Origin: Candidatus Borrarchaeum weybense
Lineage (GTDB): Archaea; Asgardarchaeota; Sifarchaeia; Borrarchaeales; Borrarchaeaceae
DNA length: 51,724 nucleotides
Reading direction: 5' to 3'
Assembly: GCA_019057385.1 (NCBI GenBank)
Contig: JAHQJS010000001.1
Location: forward strand, 1-51,724
Shown here piece by piece: positions 37,143-45,552 of this stretch; positions within the stretch are counted from its first letter, which is position 1; the number at the start of each line of letters is the position of its first letter. The notes below the pieces were generated by a model. The model did no database searches, was not told the DNA's origin, and was given only the letters and a program-made list of their open reading frames with translations. The position numbers were made by a program, and so were the translations under genes.

Positions 37143-37987
37143 CTCAATACTTCCTCTATGCTCACATAAGGAATAAGTTCGTTAAGCCTGCTAGTAGGCG
37201 AACACGAAAAAACCTTCACGCGAGTTTTCTCTCTTATTTCTTGAATTGCCTCTCTATACAACTTAAAATAACCATCGAGTTTTTTCTGAAATAATTCTTT
37301 CTTTCTCTCTCCATATCTTCCGTGATAATGAGTTTGATCGTGGACACACATATCGTATCCAAGAAGATAAACTTCTTTATATTTTAGAAGGATGGCCAGT
37401 TGAAGAGCACCATAACCACTATCAATTCCACATCTAAAGTCATCTACGGATAAGCCAATTCCTTTTTGCTTATCATTTTTTACAATCCAATTAACTGGAT
37501 GTAAGTCATATCTAATTTCTTTTTCTACATCAACAATTCTTCCATCGATATCCTGAAGAGCACCTCCAACAAAGCAGGCTACAAATATTTTTATCGCATT
37601 ATTCCATTTCTTTGAAGCATCTTCTTCAGTTTGCAAACAGCTAACCAGATAGTTAATTAAAAAAGTATAATCTTTAGTGATAAAAAAGTTAGGTGCTGGA
37701 ACATCAAATACCGAGCTATTTACACAAATAGTATCCTCTGTCCTGAGATTAGCAAGATTAAAAAACTTAAGACTTGGTCCACCTCCAATAACAAAAACTC
37801 TATTGTTCTGTTTTTTGTTGGAAATAGAAGAGATTGATTCCAGAACTTTCGGAGCCTCTTTATCTATTATTAAAGGACTTCTCAGTAATGGAGTAGGTTT
37901 TGATTTTCTCGGAATTTTTCTTACACTTCTTACAACATGAGTACGGTGAAATCCCGAGCTGAAGTGCTTGAACGGCTTTATATTCAT
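37139..37987 (-). CDS. Maf/DUF115- or sialyltransferase-fold protein
   Basis: VFVIGGGPSL, ICVNS, DSGYGALQLA..VYLLGYDM..HYH. Confidence 0.75.
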   Translation of the reverse strand: MNIKPFKHFSSGFHRTHVVRSVRKIPRKSKPTPLLRSPLIIDKEAPKVLESISSISNKKQNNRVFVIGGGPSLKFFNLANLRTEDTICVNSSVFDVPAPNFFITKDYTFLINYLVSCLQTEEDASKKWNNAIKIFVACFVGGALQDIDGRIVDVEKEIRYDLHPVNWIVKNDKQKGIGLSVDDFRCGIDSGYGALQLAILLKYKEVYLLGYDMCVHDQTHYHGRYGERKKELFQKKLDGYFKLYREAIQEIREKTRVKVFSCSPTSRLNELIPYVSIEEVLR

Positions 37988-38739
37988 CTCTTCTTACTTT
38001 CCTTAAGAAATTCATCCAATGAACTCTTTGGAAAACATCCTAAAGCGCTATCCGGGCTAAGATTAACTACCTCAACGCCCCTCTGCTTTATCACATTAGA
38101 AAATTCCTCAATGCACATTCTAAATTTATCGAGTTTGCTCTGAAAAGTTTTTTTATTCTGAACTTCGTATCCTTCATGCCAGTGGGTTATGGGTTTACCA
38201 CTCCTATCCTCTTTCGTTTTCAAATCATATCCAAGTAAACCGATTCTTGTGCATCCCAGGCAAATAGCTATCATCAAAGCGCCGAAGCCTGAGTTATTTC
38301 CACAATAAATTCCCTGGCTCAAGTCAAAGGACAATACTTTTCTTGCTATCTCTGTGACGACGAAAACATTTTTATCAAACTTAGCCTTTTTACTTCTTCT
38401 AAGAAAAACTTTGATTCCTGGATACTTCATCCAAACTTCGTGTAGTTTCTTCTCCTCTTCACTTTTGGGATACGTCACCATTGTGAAAAATCTAGAATCC
38501 ATTGAATAGTTTAGTGTAGTAGGAAACTCAACGAAAGCTTTGTTTACGCCTATCGTTGGATACTTATTAACAAGATTAAAATTAAATCCTTTTAGCGAAG
38601 GACCTCCTCCAAAGATAAAGCAAGTTTTGCCTTTCCAAGACATTGGAGGAAGAATCGTAGAGATATTCGGAGCCACACAATCTACTCCCTTTACAGCAAT
38701 AACTTTTGTTCCCTTAGAGTTGTTAATCAAGAAGCCCAT
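37984..38739 (-). CDS. Maf/DUF115- or sialyltransferase-fold protein
   Basis: CFIFGGGPSL, IGVNK, NSGFGALMIA..IGLLGYDL..HWH, VVNLSPDSAL. Confidence 0.75.
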   Translation of the reverse strand: MGFLINNSKGTKVIAVKGVDCVAPNISTILPPMSWKGKTCFIFGGGPSLKGFNFNLVNKYPTIGVNKAFVEFPTTLNYSMDSRFFTMVTYPKSEEEKKLHEVWMKYPGIKVFLRRSKKAKFDKNVFVVTEIARKVLSFDLSQGIYCGNNSGFGALMIAICLGCTRIGLLGYDLKTKEDRSGKPITHWHEGYEVQNKKTFQSKLDKFRMCIEEFSNVIKQRGVEVVNLSPDSALGCFPKSSLDEFLKESKKR

Positions 38740-38745
38740 CCTCTT

Positions 38746-39864
38746 TTATCCCAAAGAAATTCCGAGAACGCGATAATACCCTGAAGAGGCGTATCCTGAA
38801 GACCCCCAAGAAGTGCCCTCTCCCACGATATATCCTGCGTAGTTTGCACCTGCTCTCACTCTACAAGTATTACTGGTTATCTTAGTTATTTGACCACCAA
38901 TAGCCCAGCTAAAATCACCATGTGAATGATCATAGAACCATCCAATTACTGCGGAATTTGATCCATTGGCATTCAGAGAAAAGTGCAGCTGGAACATAGC
39001 TTTTGTTGTTCCAAGACCATGAGTCAAATCATAAATACCTCCCGGGCTTGCAGCAAACCATCCACTATCATAGCTTCCTGTAACACCAGCTGAGCCAGAT
39101 GTAATGAAAGACCTCACATCTGTAATTCTATTAGCAGGAATACTTGTATCTCCATTAACTATCCTAACCTCAGCTATAACTGTTTTACTACTGTAGTTAG
39201 GAGCAACTGGACTTACTGCTTGAGTTCCCTGAAGAATTTTTATTGTTCCATCCATATCTACATACACCAAATCTATTCTCGAGTTCGGAGAACTAGGCAC
39301 AGAGAAAGGTCCAACCAACTGATCAGGGATAGTAATGGCTTGCGTACCATCTTGGATTCTACCAGCTCTCACTCTAACATACAATCCTGTTCCAACTTCT
39401 ACTTTTAGAAATAGATTTTGAACATTCAAAAACGTTCTATCAGTGTAGTCAAAACTATTTAGAGTAGAACCAGAGAATACACACTTGCCAACGATAATAT
39501 CGTTTGCTTGAGCGACACTAACAGAGGCTATTGCATGAACTTCAACATAATTATTCTGTGTTTCAGCGGCTTGCCATCTCAAAACTATACAGGGAGTTCC
39601 TGAAGAGATACTACCTGAATCCAACGTGGAGGCCTTGAGAGTAGCAAGAGCAGAAGTTGTGACACTTATCTGTCCATCATCATCGCCTATCTCAGCTGTA
39701 AAAGTGGACAAAGTGATCTCAGTATTAGTCACTTTCGCTAGGTACCCGCCTTTGTATATTCCTCTTGGTCGAATATTTAAATTTCTTCTGTTAAATTCCT
39801 CTGCCGTTGCTTCTTCAAAATATTCATGAGTTATTTCTTGGGTTCCATGATTAGTTGTTCCCAT
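38746..39864 (-). CDS. putative tail-fibre/baseplate-attached protein, paralog of 40673-41512
   Basis: Shared GIY.GG.L, LRW, LFLKVE, RVRAGR, IAEV..DVR motifs; extra C-terminal YDSGWF..HGLG domain. Confidence 0.6.
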   Translation of the reverse strand: MGTTNHGTQEITHEYFEEATAEEFNRRNLNIRPRGIYKGGYLAKVTNTEITLSTFTAEIGDDDGQISVTTSALATLKASTLDSGSISSGTPCIVLRWQAAETQNNYVEVHAIASVSVAQANDIIVGKCVFSGSTLNSFDYTDRTFLNVQNLFLKVEVGTGLYVRVRAGRIQDGTQAITIPDQLVGPFSVPSSPNSRIDLVYVDMDGTIKILQGTQAVSPVAPNYSSKTVIAEVRIVNGDTSIPANRITDVRSFITSGSAGVTGSYDSGWFAASPGGIYDLTHGLGTTKAMFQLHFSLNANGSNSAVIGWFYDHSHGDFSWAIGGQITKITSNTCRVRAGANYAGYIVGEGTSWGSSGYASSGYYRVLGISLG

Positions 39865-39881
39865 AATTACTTCCTCTAAAA

Positions 39882-40673
39882 TTACGGTGCTGGTTCAATA
39901 TAACTATCCATTATAATTCCAGCATTGTCATATTCTTCATCATTTTCGTAAACTTCTACTTCTACGTCAAAGTAATTTGATGCTACATTTCTTACCACAA
40001 CGGTAACATGGCCAGTACCATAGCCTCCACAGTACCAAGTAGTACTATATACTTGATAAGTTCCGCCTATCGTTATCGTACGTGGAGTTCCATTTACTAA
40101 AATAGTAGTTGAATCCTGCCTTTGATAGGTACTGTTATTCGAACCTCGATAGGAGGGACTGGTTTGAGGAGGATATCCATTGCCCCCACCATTAACATAG
40201 ACTCTCGCTTTGAAAGACTCATAAACTCTGTACCAGATTCCAAATTTTACAGTTGGATGTTTTCCAGAGGCGGTAACACTTCCATCAGCATTTAATCTCA
40301 AAGTCTCTGTATTTGTAGGAGAAGGCGTCCAATTCCCTTGTGTAGTAGAATAAATAAGATAGGAATCAGTATCTACAAGAGCACCTCCAGAAATTAAATT
40401 ATGCCAAGGAGCTTCCCCATAACCGGTATAGCTTCTGGCCAGTCTATTTATTTCATAATATCCTAGTGTACCTATAGCTTTAATGTCAGGGACAGCCACA
40501 GTCCCTATATTAATTCTGATAGGTAAAGCTCCTGGAGAGCTGGGATCTACTAAAGGGATTCCATAGGTAGTCCCGTTCTTAACAACTCTTAACTTCTGGC
40601 CGGAAAGATCGTCGGTCGCAGGAATTTCTACAGCCTGAGAACCATCCCAGTATCTAAGACCTATTTCTGCCAT
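39882..40673 (-). CDS. putative receptor-binding/tail-fibre protein
   Basis: Located in the fibre module; beta-rich G/S/T/Y composition. Confidence 0.5.
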   Translation of the reverse strand: MAEIGLRYWDGSQAVEIPATDDLSGQKLRVVKNGTTYGIPLVDPSSPGALPIRINIGTVAVPDIKAIGTLGYYEINRLARSYTGYGEAPWHNLISGGALVDTDSYLIYSTTQGNWTPSPTNTETLRLNADGSVTASGKHPTVKFGIWYRVYESFKARVYVNGGGNGYPPQTSPSYRGSNNSTYQRQDSTTILVNGTPRTITIGGTYQVYSTTWYCGGYGTGHVTVVVRNVASNYFDVEVEVYENDEEYDNAGIIMDSYIEPAP

Positions 40674-41512
40674 TATAAATCAGTCCTTAACCAAATTTGT
40701 CCAGTACCAGGATTTGATGGATCTGAAGTTCTTGGTTCTATTATAAACCCTGTTTTACATACTATGAAGTCACGCACATCTTTTATCATGTTCGAAGTAA
40801 TATTTGTAGATGTGCTTGCAAGAGTCACTTCAGCCAACACCATCTTTCCGCCATAATCAGGAGGGGATGGACTAGCCGCCGCAACTCCAGAACTATCGAT
40901 TAAGATATTTCCCGTTGACCTATCAATGTATACCAAATATACTTTACTATTCGCTGGAGGAGCAGTGAACAAAGAACTCTTTTGGTCTATAATTACTATA
41001 GTCTCTTTATCGTTCTGCACCCGGCCGGCTCTTATCCTCACCTTCAACTCAGTAGCTTCAGTAGGTTCTACTTTCAAAAACAAGTCTAAAGTATTGGGAG
41101 TGCTTCGTGGGTAGGAAGTATCCCCATAAGTGAAACCTTGAAGAGCACCGCCTCCTGTAAAAGAGCACTTCCCTACAACCAGATCATTCGTAGCTGGAGT
41201 TGCTACAGCTAATATTTGCATATAGTCTGACGTCGATCCAGTGTACGTCCATCTTAGAATAACATATGGAGTGGCTTGAGCCACCGCTATATTAACAGCT
41301 GTAGTTGTAGCGATTCTTACCTGATATGTTCCATCAGAAATTTCACATACCAATGGTGATAATTGCGCATTAGAAGAGTCTATAATGCTTAATCGACCTC
41401 CTGTATATATCCCTTTTTGACGAATATCCTGGAAGCGTAAATTTACTTCACCGGAATTCGCTGGAGCGTAAAATAAAAGGGTTACTTTTTGATTACCAAC
41501 ATCTGCAGGCAT
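40673..41512 (-). CDS. putative tail-fibre/baseplate-attached protein
   Basis: Paralog of 38746-39864; ends RTSDPSNPGTGQIWLRTDL. Confidence 0.6.
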   Translation of the reverse strand: MPADVGNQKVTLLFYAPANSGEVNLRFQDIRQKGIYTGGRLSIIDSSNAQLSPLVCEISDGTYQVRIATTTAVNIAVAQATPYVILRWTYTGSTSDYMQILAVATPATNDLVVGKCSFTGGGALQGFTYGDTSYPRSTPNTLDLFLKVEPTEATELKVRIRAGRVQNDKETIVIIDQKSSLFTAPPANSKVYLVYIDRSTGNILIDSSGVAAASPSPPDYGGKMVLAEVTLASTSTNITSNMIKDVRDFIVCKTGFIIEPRTSDPSNPGTGQIWLRTDL

Positions 41513-41531
41513 TTCAACCTCCTAATTATTC

Positions 41532-42779
41532 TTATGACAAATCTGTCTTAAATACTTCTACAACTACTCTTAATTCAACTCGATCGTCCTTGTCTATTTT
41601 TGGAAAAATACTCGCCACTACCAACTTATCCGGCGTTCCTGGAATATAAAGACCCAACTCGGATATTCCATCTTGCTGCGTACCTTTTGGAACAATAAAT
41701 TCGAAAGTTACTTTATCCTCCTCAATTGTAATATCGCTACTTTCTATTGTTCCAGTCAAAACGGGATTCTCAATCGAGAAGAAGGATCCGCTAAGATCTC
41801 CAGGATAATTTCCTGTTCCCAAAACCCATTTAGTTATACTTTTTAGAAATCCCTCTTCAGACTGGTCGAAGTACGTGCCGTCATCAAAATTCCAAGCGTT
41901 GGTACTTCCGACCATATCAAAAAACTTTTGAGATGATTGCCAATCTCCAAGTATTTTTGTTTTGATCTCACCATCAACTTCTATAATATTTCCGAACTCG
42001 TCAGTCTTAGGATTTAATAACAAAAGATAATGAGGCACAATATGCGCTGGCCTTGTTTTTTCTACTTGCAAATGTAGATTATCTAGATAGTCAGTTTCCC
42101 AAAGATAAGTAAGAGAATCTGTCTCAAATACTTTATTCAATAATACCTCTAAACCAAAGTGAGGACTCTTGTAATAGCTACTATCAAATCCAGGAGGATT
42201 TTCATTTTCATCTCCGACAAACCAATCTACTAAATAGAAAGTGGTATAGTCATTTGTATACATATCATACAAATTAACCGTAAACTCCTGTATGAGCGCC
42301 ATTATATCAATAGACCGATATGTTCCTTTTAACTTATACCAGTCTACTGCGTTAGTTATTTCTTTTCGTGTTTTAGCTTCGGTAGTTTCATCCTCTGGAG
42401 AAAATTCTACTCCAATAAGAGCTCCCAATCTTCGAAGATAGTTCAAAGATGCTACTGTATTTGGACTTAGAAGTTTTACAATATCCCGAACGCTAGTAAG
42501 CCAATTTCCTAACTGTAGGCCAGCTTCTTCAAGATAATCTTGAAGGATAGGCGATTGTCGAAACTTTTCAGGGACTAACTCAATCAAATCTAATGCAACT
42601 GTATGGATGACATCGAGCTCAAAATCATGTTCCATCTCCAGTGTTATCTCTATACCTTCAACAGAAAAAGGAGTTGCCACACCTTGCACGGAAATGGAAA
42701 ATTCATGCCCACCTTCTATCGTCGCCTGATTTTCCCAGTCTAAACGGAAACTATCATCTAAATGCCAATTAGTACCCAT
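41532..42779 (-). CDS. baseplate wedge protein (P2 gpI / T4 gp7-like)
   Basis: LNYLRRLGALIG..WYKLKGT..TRPAH; C-terminal ISELGLY..FPKIDK. Confidence 0.7.
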   Translation of the reverse strand: MGTNWHLDDSFRLDWENQATIEGGHEFSISVQGVATPFSVEGIEITLEMEHDFELDVIHTVALDLIELVPEKFRQSPILQDYLEEAGLQLGNWLTSVRDIVKLLSPNTVASLNYLRRLGALIGVEFSPEDETTEAKTRKEITNAVDWYKLKGTYRSIDIMALIQEFTVNLYDMYTNDYTTFYLVDWFVGDENENPPGFDSSYYKSPHFGLEVLLNKVFETDSLTYLWETDYLDNLHLQVEKTRPAHIVPHYLLLLNPKTDEFGNIIEVDGEIKTKILGDWQSSQKFFDMVGSTNAWNFDDGTYFDQSEEGFLKSITKWVLGTGNYPGDLSGSFFSIENPVLTGTIESSDITIEEDKVTFEFIVPKGTQQDGISELGLYIPGTPDKLVVASIFPKIDKDDRVELRVVVEVFKTDLS

Positions 42780-42781
42780 TA

Positions 42782-45031
42782 TTAAGTCACCCTATCTGCA
42801 TCTAATGGTAGATTAAACGGATTATACGCATAAGCACTAGGAGTGGTTGTAAGAACCATACCTCCTGAAGTAACTGAACCTACAGCATTAGTAACTACAC
42901 AAGTATACACTCCTATATCACTTGATTGAGCATAAAAAGTTAGAGTAGAACTTGTTTCACCAGATAATGGAACTCCATCTTTCTTCCACTGATAGGTAGG
43001 TGCAGGTTCACCAGTAGCTGTCACAAATAAACTAACTTGTTGACCTATCGAAACTTCTGTATTCCCTGATTGAGCAGTTATTTCAGGGGCAGTAAGTATT
43101 TCTTTTATGGTTTCAAAATTAAGCTCTCTTACACTATCAATAGTCCAAGTAGCACCTGAATCAGAAGAACCGTAAGCCGCTCCATCTGGATAATCGGGTG
43201 AGGTGAGCTTCGCTCCCCATAGCAACCTGTTAAACAGGTCACCTGTGGGCGTTCTGATTACAATAGCATACTGTGTTCCATTAACTAATGAGTAAACTAA
43301 AGTAAACTCACGCCATTCAGCTGTCGACAGTGTAGTTATTTCTGACCCATCAAAGGACACTGAAACAAGGTCAGCTCCTGTAGGTTTACCTGTAACTCCA
43401 TCTACCGCTCGAAGAGCAATTGTTGTAGTTCCTGGAGAACCTTGTCTATAGAACGGTATCTTAACTGATATCATATCATAACTACCGGTTGCAGTAAATG
43501 TTTGTGCAAGCCAAGTAGTGCCTTGGAAGTTTAGAGCTCCACTAGCAGTGAGATAATAATCAGCTTTTGTTGTTGTGGGTATTACATATGCTCCACTTGA
43601 GATTGCAATACCTTCTATCTCATCTGTGGGACATTGAATCATATCATCTAGTGACCCACTATCGTACTGCCAACAAAGTACTGAACCATTTCTCAATCCT
43701 GTAGCATAAGGTTTATCATCACCACTTCCTACAACCACTCTTCTTAAAATTAAACCATGTGCAATTGTATCTTGCTCAACAAAAGAAGAATTTAGCTTAA
43801 TGAAAGTTTTTCCAGTTGTATCATTTGTCACAACATAGATATTATCGCTACTATCCACTGCTACACTATCTGCATTAGTGGTTACTCCTCCATCATAATC
43901 TAGCTGATTTGCCCCATTCATATCCCAACTGTAGATGATTTTCTTACCAGCAGAATAGTTAAGAGAGCAAATAACTCTTTGGTCGGACATAATCGCTATA
44001 TCAGTTACAACAGAACCACTAGCAGGAGTCTGTGACCAAAGAGCGGCACCTAAAGTAGAAGCGTATTTACGTAAATTAGCATAAGACCCACCTGAGCCTA
44101 AGTAAATACTATCGTCAACTAAATCAACAGCTACTCCTCCTACTGTACCTGCCGAAGCAATAATTTCCTCAGTAGCTAAACTAACAGCTACACGAGCTGC
44201 ACCATTACCAGTACCAACAATAATCCTTCCTACACTATCCAGAGCTAAATCCCAAGCATGCGTGGTACCTCTTACATGCCTGCCCCCTAGTTTATTACCT
44301 ACAGAATCGAACTTCCAGAGATTCTTTGACCCACTTCCGTCATCTCCCTGTACTCCAGAAACATACACGTCATTAACTGAATCTATAACTACATCAAATG
44401 CATCGGCTCCGGTATCATATGTCCACTGAAGCTCACCGCTTGTATTATATGCCCAAACTGAAGCTGCGGCTGCACCATCAGTAATTCTGTCACCTACTAG
44501 AACAATAAGGTCAGGACTTGTCGATGCATCTCTACATCTGAATAACAGGTCACCGGTTGTAGTTGTAGACCAGGAACTTCCTCCGTCACCGCTCCATTCC
44601 AAATCTCCGCCCGGATAATCAGAAGTGGAACCATCATTGTCCCTAGACCAAGTTAGAACATTTGCAACACTTAAAGAATCTCCATGAACAACTATCGCAT
44701 ATTTTGTAGAGGCGGTCAAGGCATAAGGAGTACCTAAAGTACATACTATCCAATTATAACCAGAATCGGAAACATCTGAGTCACTGATTGTTCCGGTAGC
44801 CAAAGCTCCTCCGGCAATATCAGGATGGTCACTTCCATCAACATTATACAATCCTACATTAAGTGTTCCGATATTATCTCCAGAACCTTTCCTCAAGAAA
44901 ACTTCAATTGTAGTAATAGTATAGGAACTGGAGGCAGTAAAAGTCTGTCCTGCCCAATCATTAGCATTATCTAAATTAAGAGCAAGATAAGGCAGTGCTG
45001 TACCGGAATAGTGGTCTTTTACAATACTAAT
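42782..45031 (-). CDS. large virion adhesin-like protein (duplicated beta-sandwich, beta-propeller, Ig domain), predicted ATT start
   Basis: The frame is open to ATT at 45031 with SD TAAGGAG 7 nt upstream. Two W.(A/G)QTFTA domains; C-terminal Ig-like TYQWKKDG..DIGVYTCVVTN. Confidence 0.75.
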   Translation of the reverse strand: MSIVKDHYSGTALPYLALNLDNANDWAGQTFTASSSYTITTIEVFLRKGSGDNIGTLNVGLYNVDGSDHPDIAGGALATGTISDSDVSDSGYNWIVCTLGTPYALTASTKYAIVVHGDSLSVANVLTWSRDNDGSTSDYPGGDLEWSGDGGSSWSTTTTGDLLFRCRDASTSPDLIVLVGDRITDGAAAASVWAYNTSGELQWTYDTGADAFDVVIDSVNDVYVSGVQGDDGSGSKNLWKFDSVGNKLGGRHVRGTTHAWDLALDSVGRIIVGTGNGAARVAVSLATEEIIASAGTVGGVAVDLVDDSIYLGSGGSYANLRKYASTLGAALWSQTPASGSVVTDIAIMSDQRVICSLNYSAGKKIIYSWDMNGANQLDYDGGVTTNADSVAVDSSDNIYVVTNDTTGKTFIKLNSSFVEQDTIAHGLILRRVVVGSGDDKPYATGLRNGSVLCWQYDSGSLDDMIQCPTDEIEGIAISSGAYVIPTTTKADYYLTASGALNFQGTTWLAQTFTATGSYDMISVKIPFYRQGSPGTTTIALRAVDGVTGKPTGADLVSVSFDGSEITTLSTAEWREFTLVYSLVNGTQYAIVIRTPTGDLFNRLLWGAKLTSPDYPDGAAYGSSDSGATWTIDSVRELNFETIKEILTAPEITAQSGNTEVSIGQQVSLFVTATGEPAPTYQWKKDGVPLSGETSSTLTFYAQSSDIGVYTCVVTNAVGSVTSGGMVLTTTPSAYAYNPFNLPLDADRVT

Positions 45032-45042
45032 TTTGAATCTCC

Positions 45043-45552
45043 TTACTTCTGTGTTGCCCTTACTTGGAAGATAATCTTATCTCCAGGCTGAATAGTTCTT
45101 TCTACTGCCATTGCTACGGCACCAATTAATGTACCGGAATTATCAGAAGAAGTACATATGAATGCACCGCTCACCGGCCCGATAGACCCGCCAGAAGCTG
45201 TCATTTCTAACTCTTTAGAAGCAACCCTCCAGTTATCATTCACATCTTGTTCTATCGTAGGCCATCCAACATCCGACCTCTCAACTTGTAAACGAGTATA
45301 ACCATTTCCACTAGGCTCGTTTGGAATAGTAGTAAGTACTGTGGACTCAGCAATACTACCTCTATAGAGTCCAACATAGAATATATCTGAAGTGGGAAAG
45401 TATAGTATATCCTTCTTTCGATAGAACACGTCAATTATCGCCTTCTCACCGGCATCTACTAAGATATTTTTCTTATCCAACTCCTCGTAGATGAGCTGCC
45501 CTTTTCGAAAATGTCTTATATCCCATCTTTGTTCAAGAATAAAATTACTCAT
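45043..45552 (-). CDS. putative virion structural protein
   Basis: NILVDAGE, EPSGNGYTR, TASGGSIGPV; located within the baseplate module. Confidence 0.6.
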   Translation of the reverse strand: MSNFILEQRWDIRHFRKGQLIYEELDKKNILVDAGEKAIIDVFYRKKDILYFPTSDIFYVGLYRGSIAESTVLTTIPNEPSGNGYTRLQVERSDVGWPTIEQDVNDNWRVASKELEMTASGGSIGPVSGAFICTSSDNSGTLIGAVAMAVERTIQPGDKIIFQVRATQK

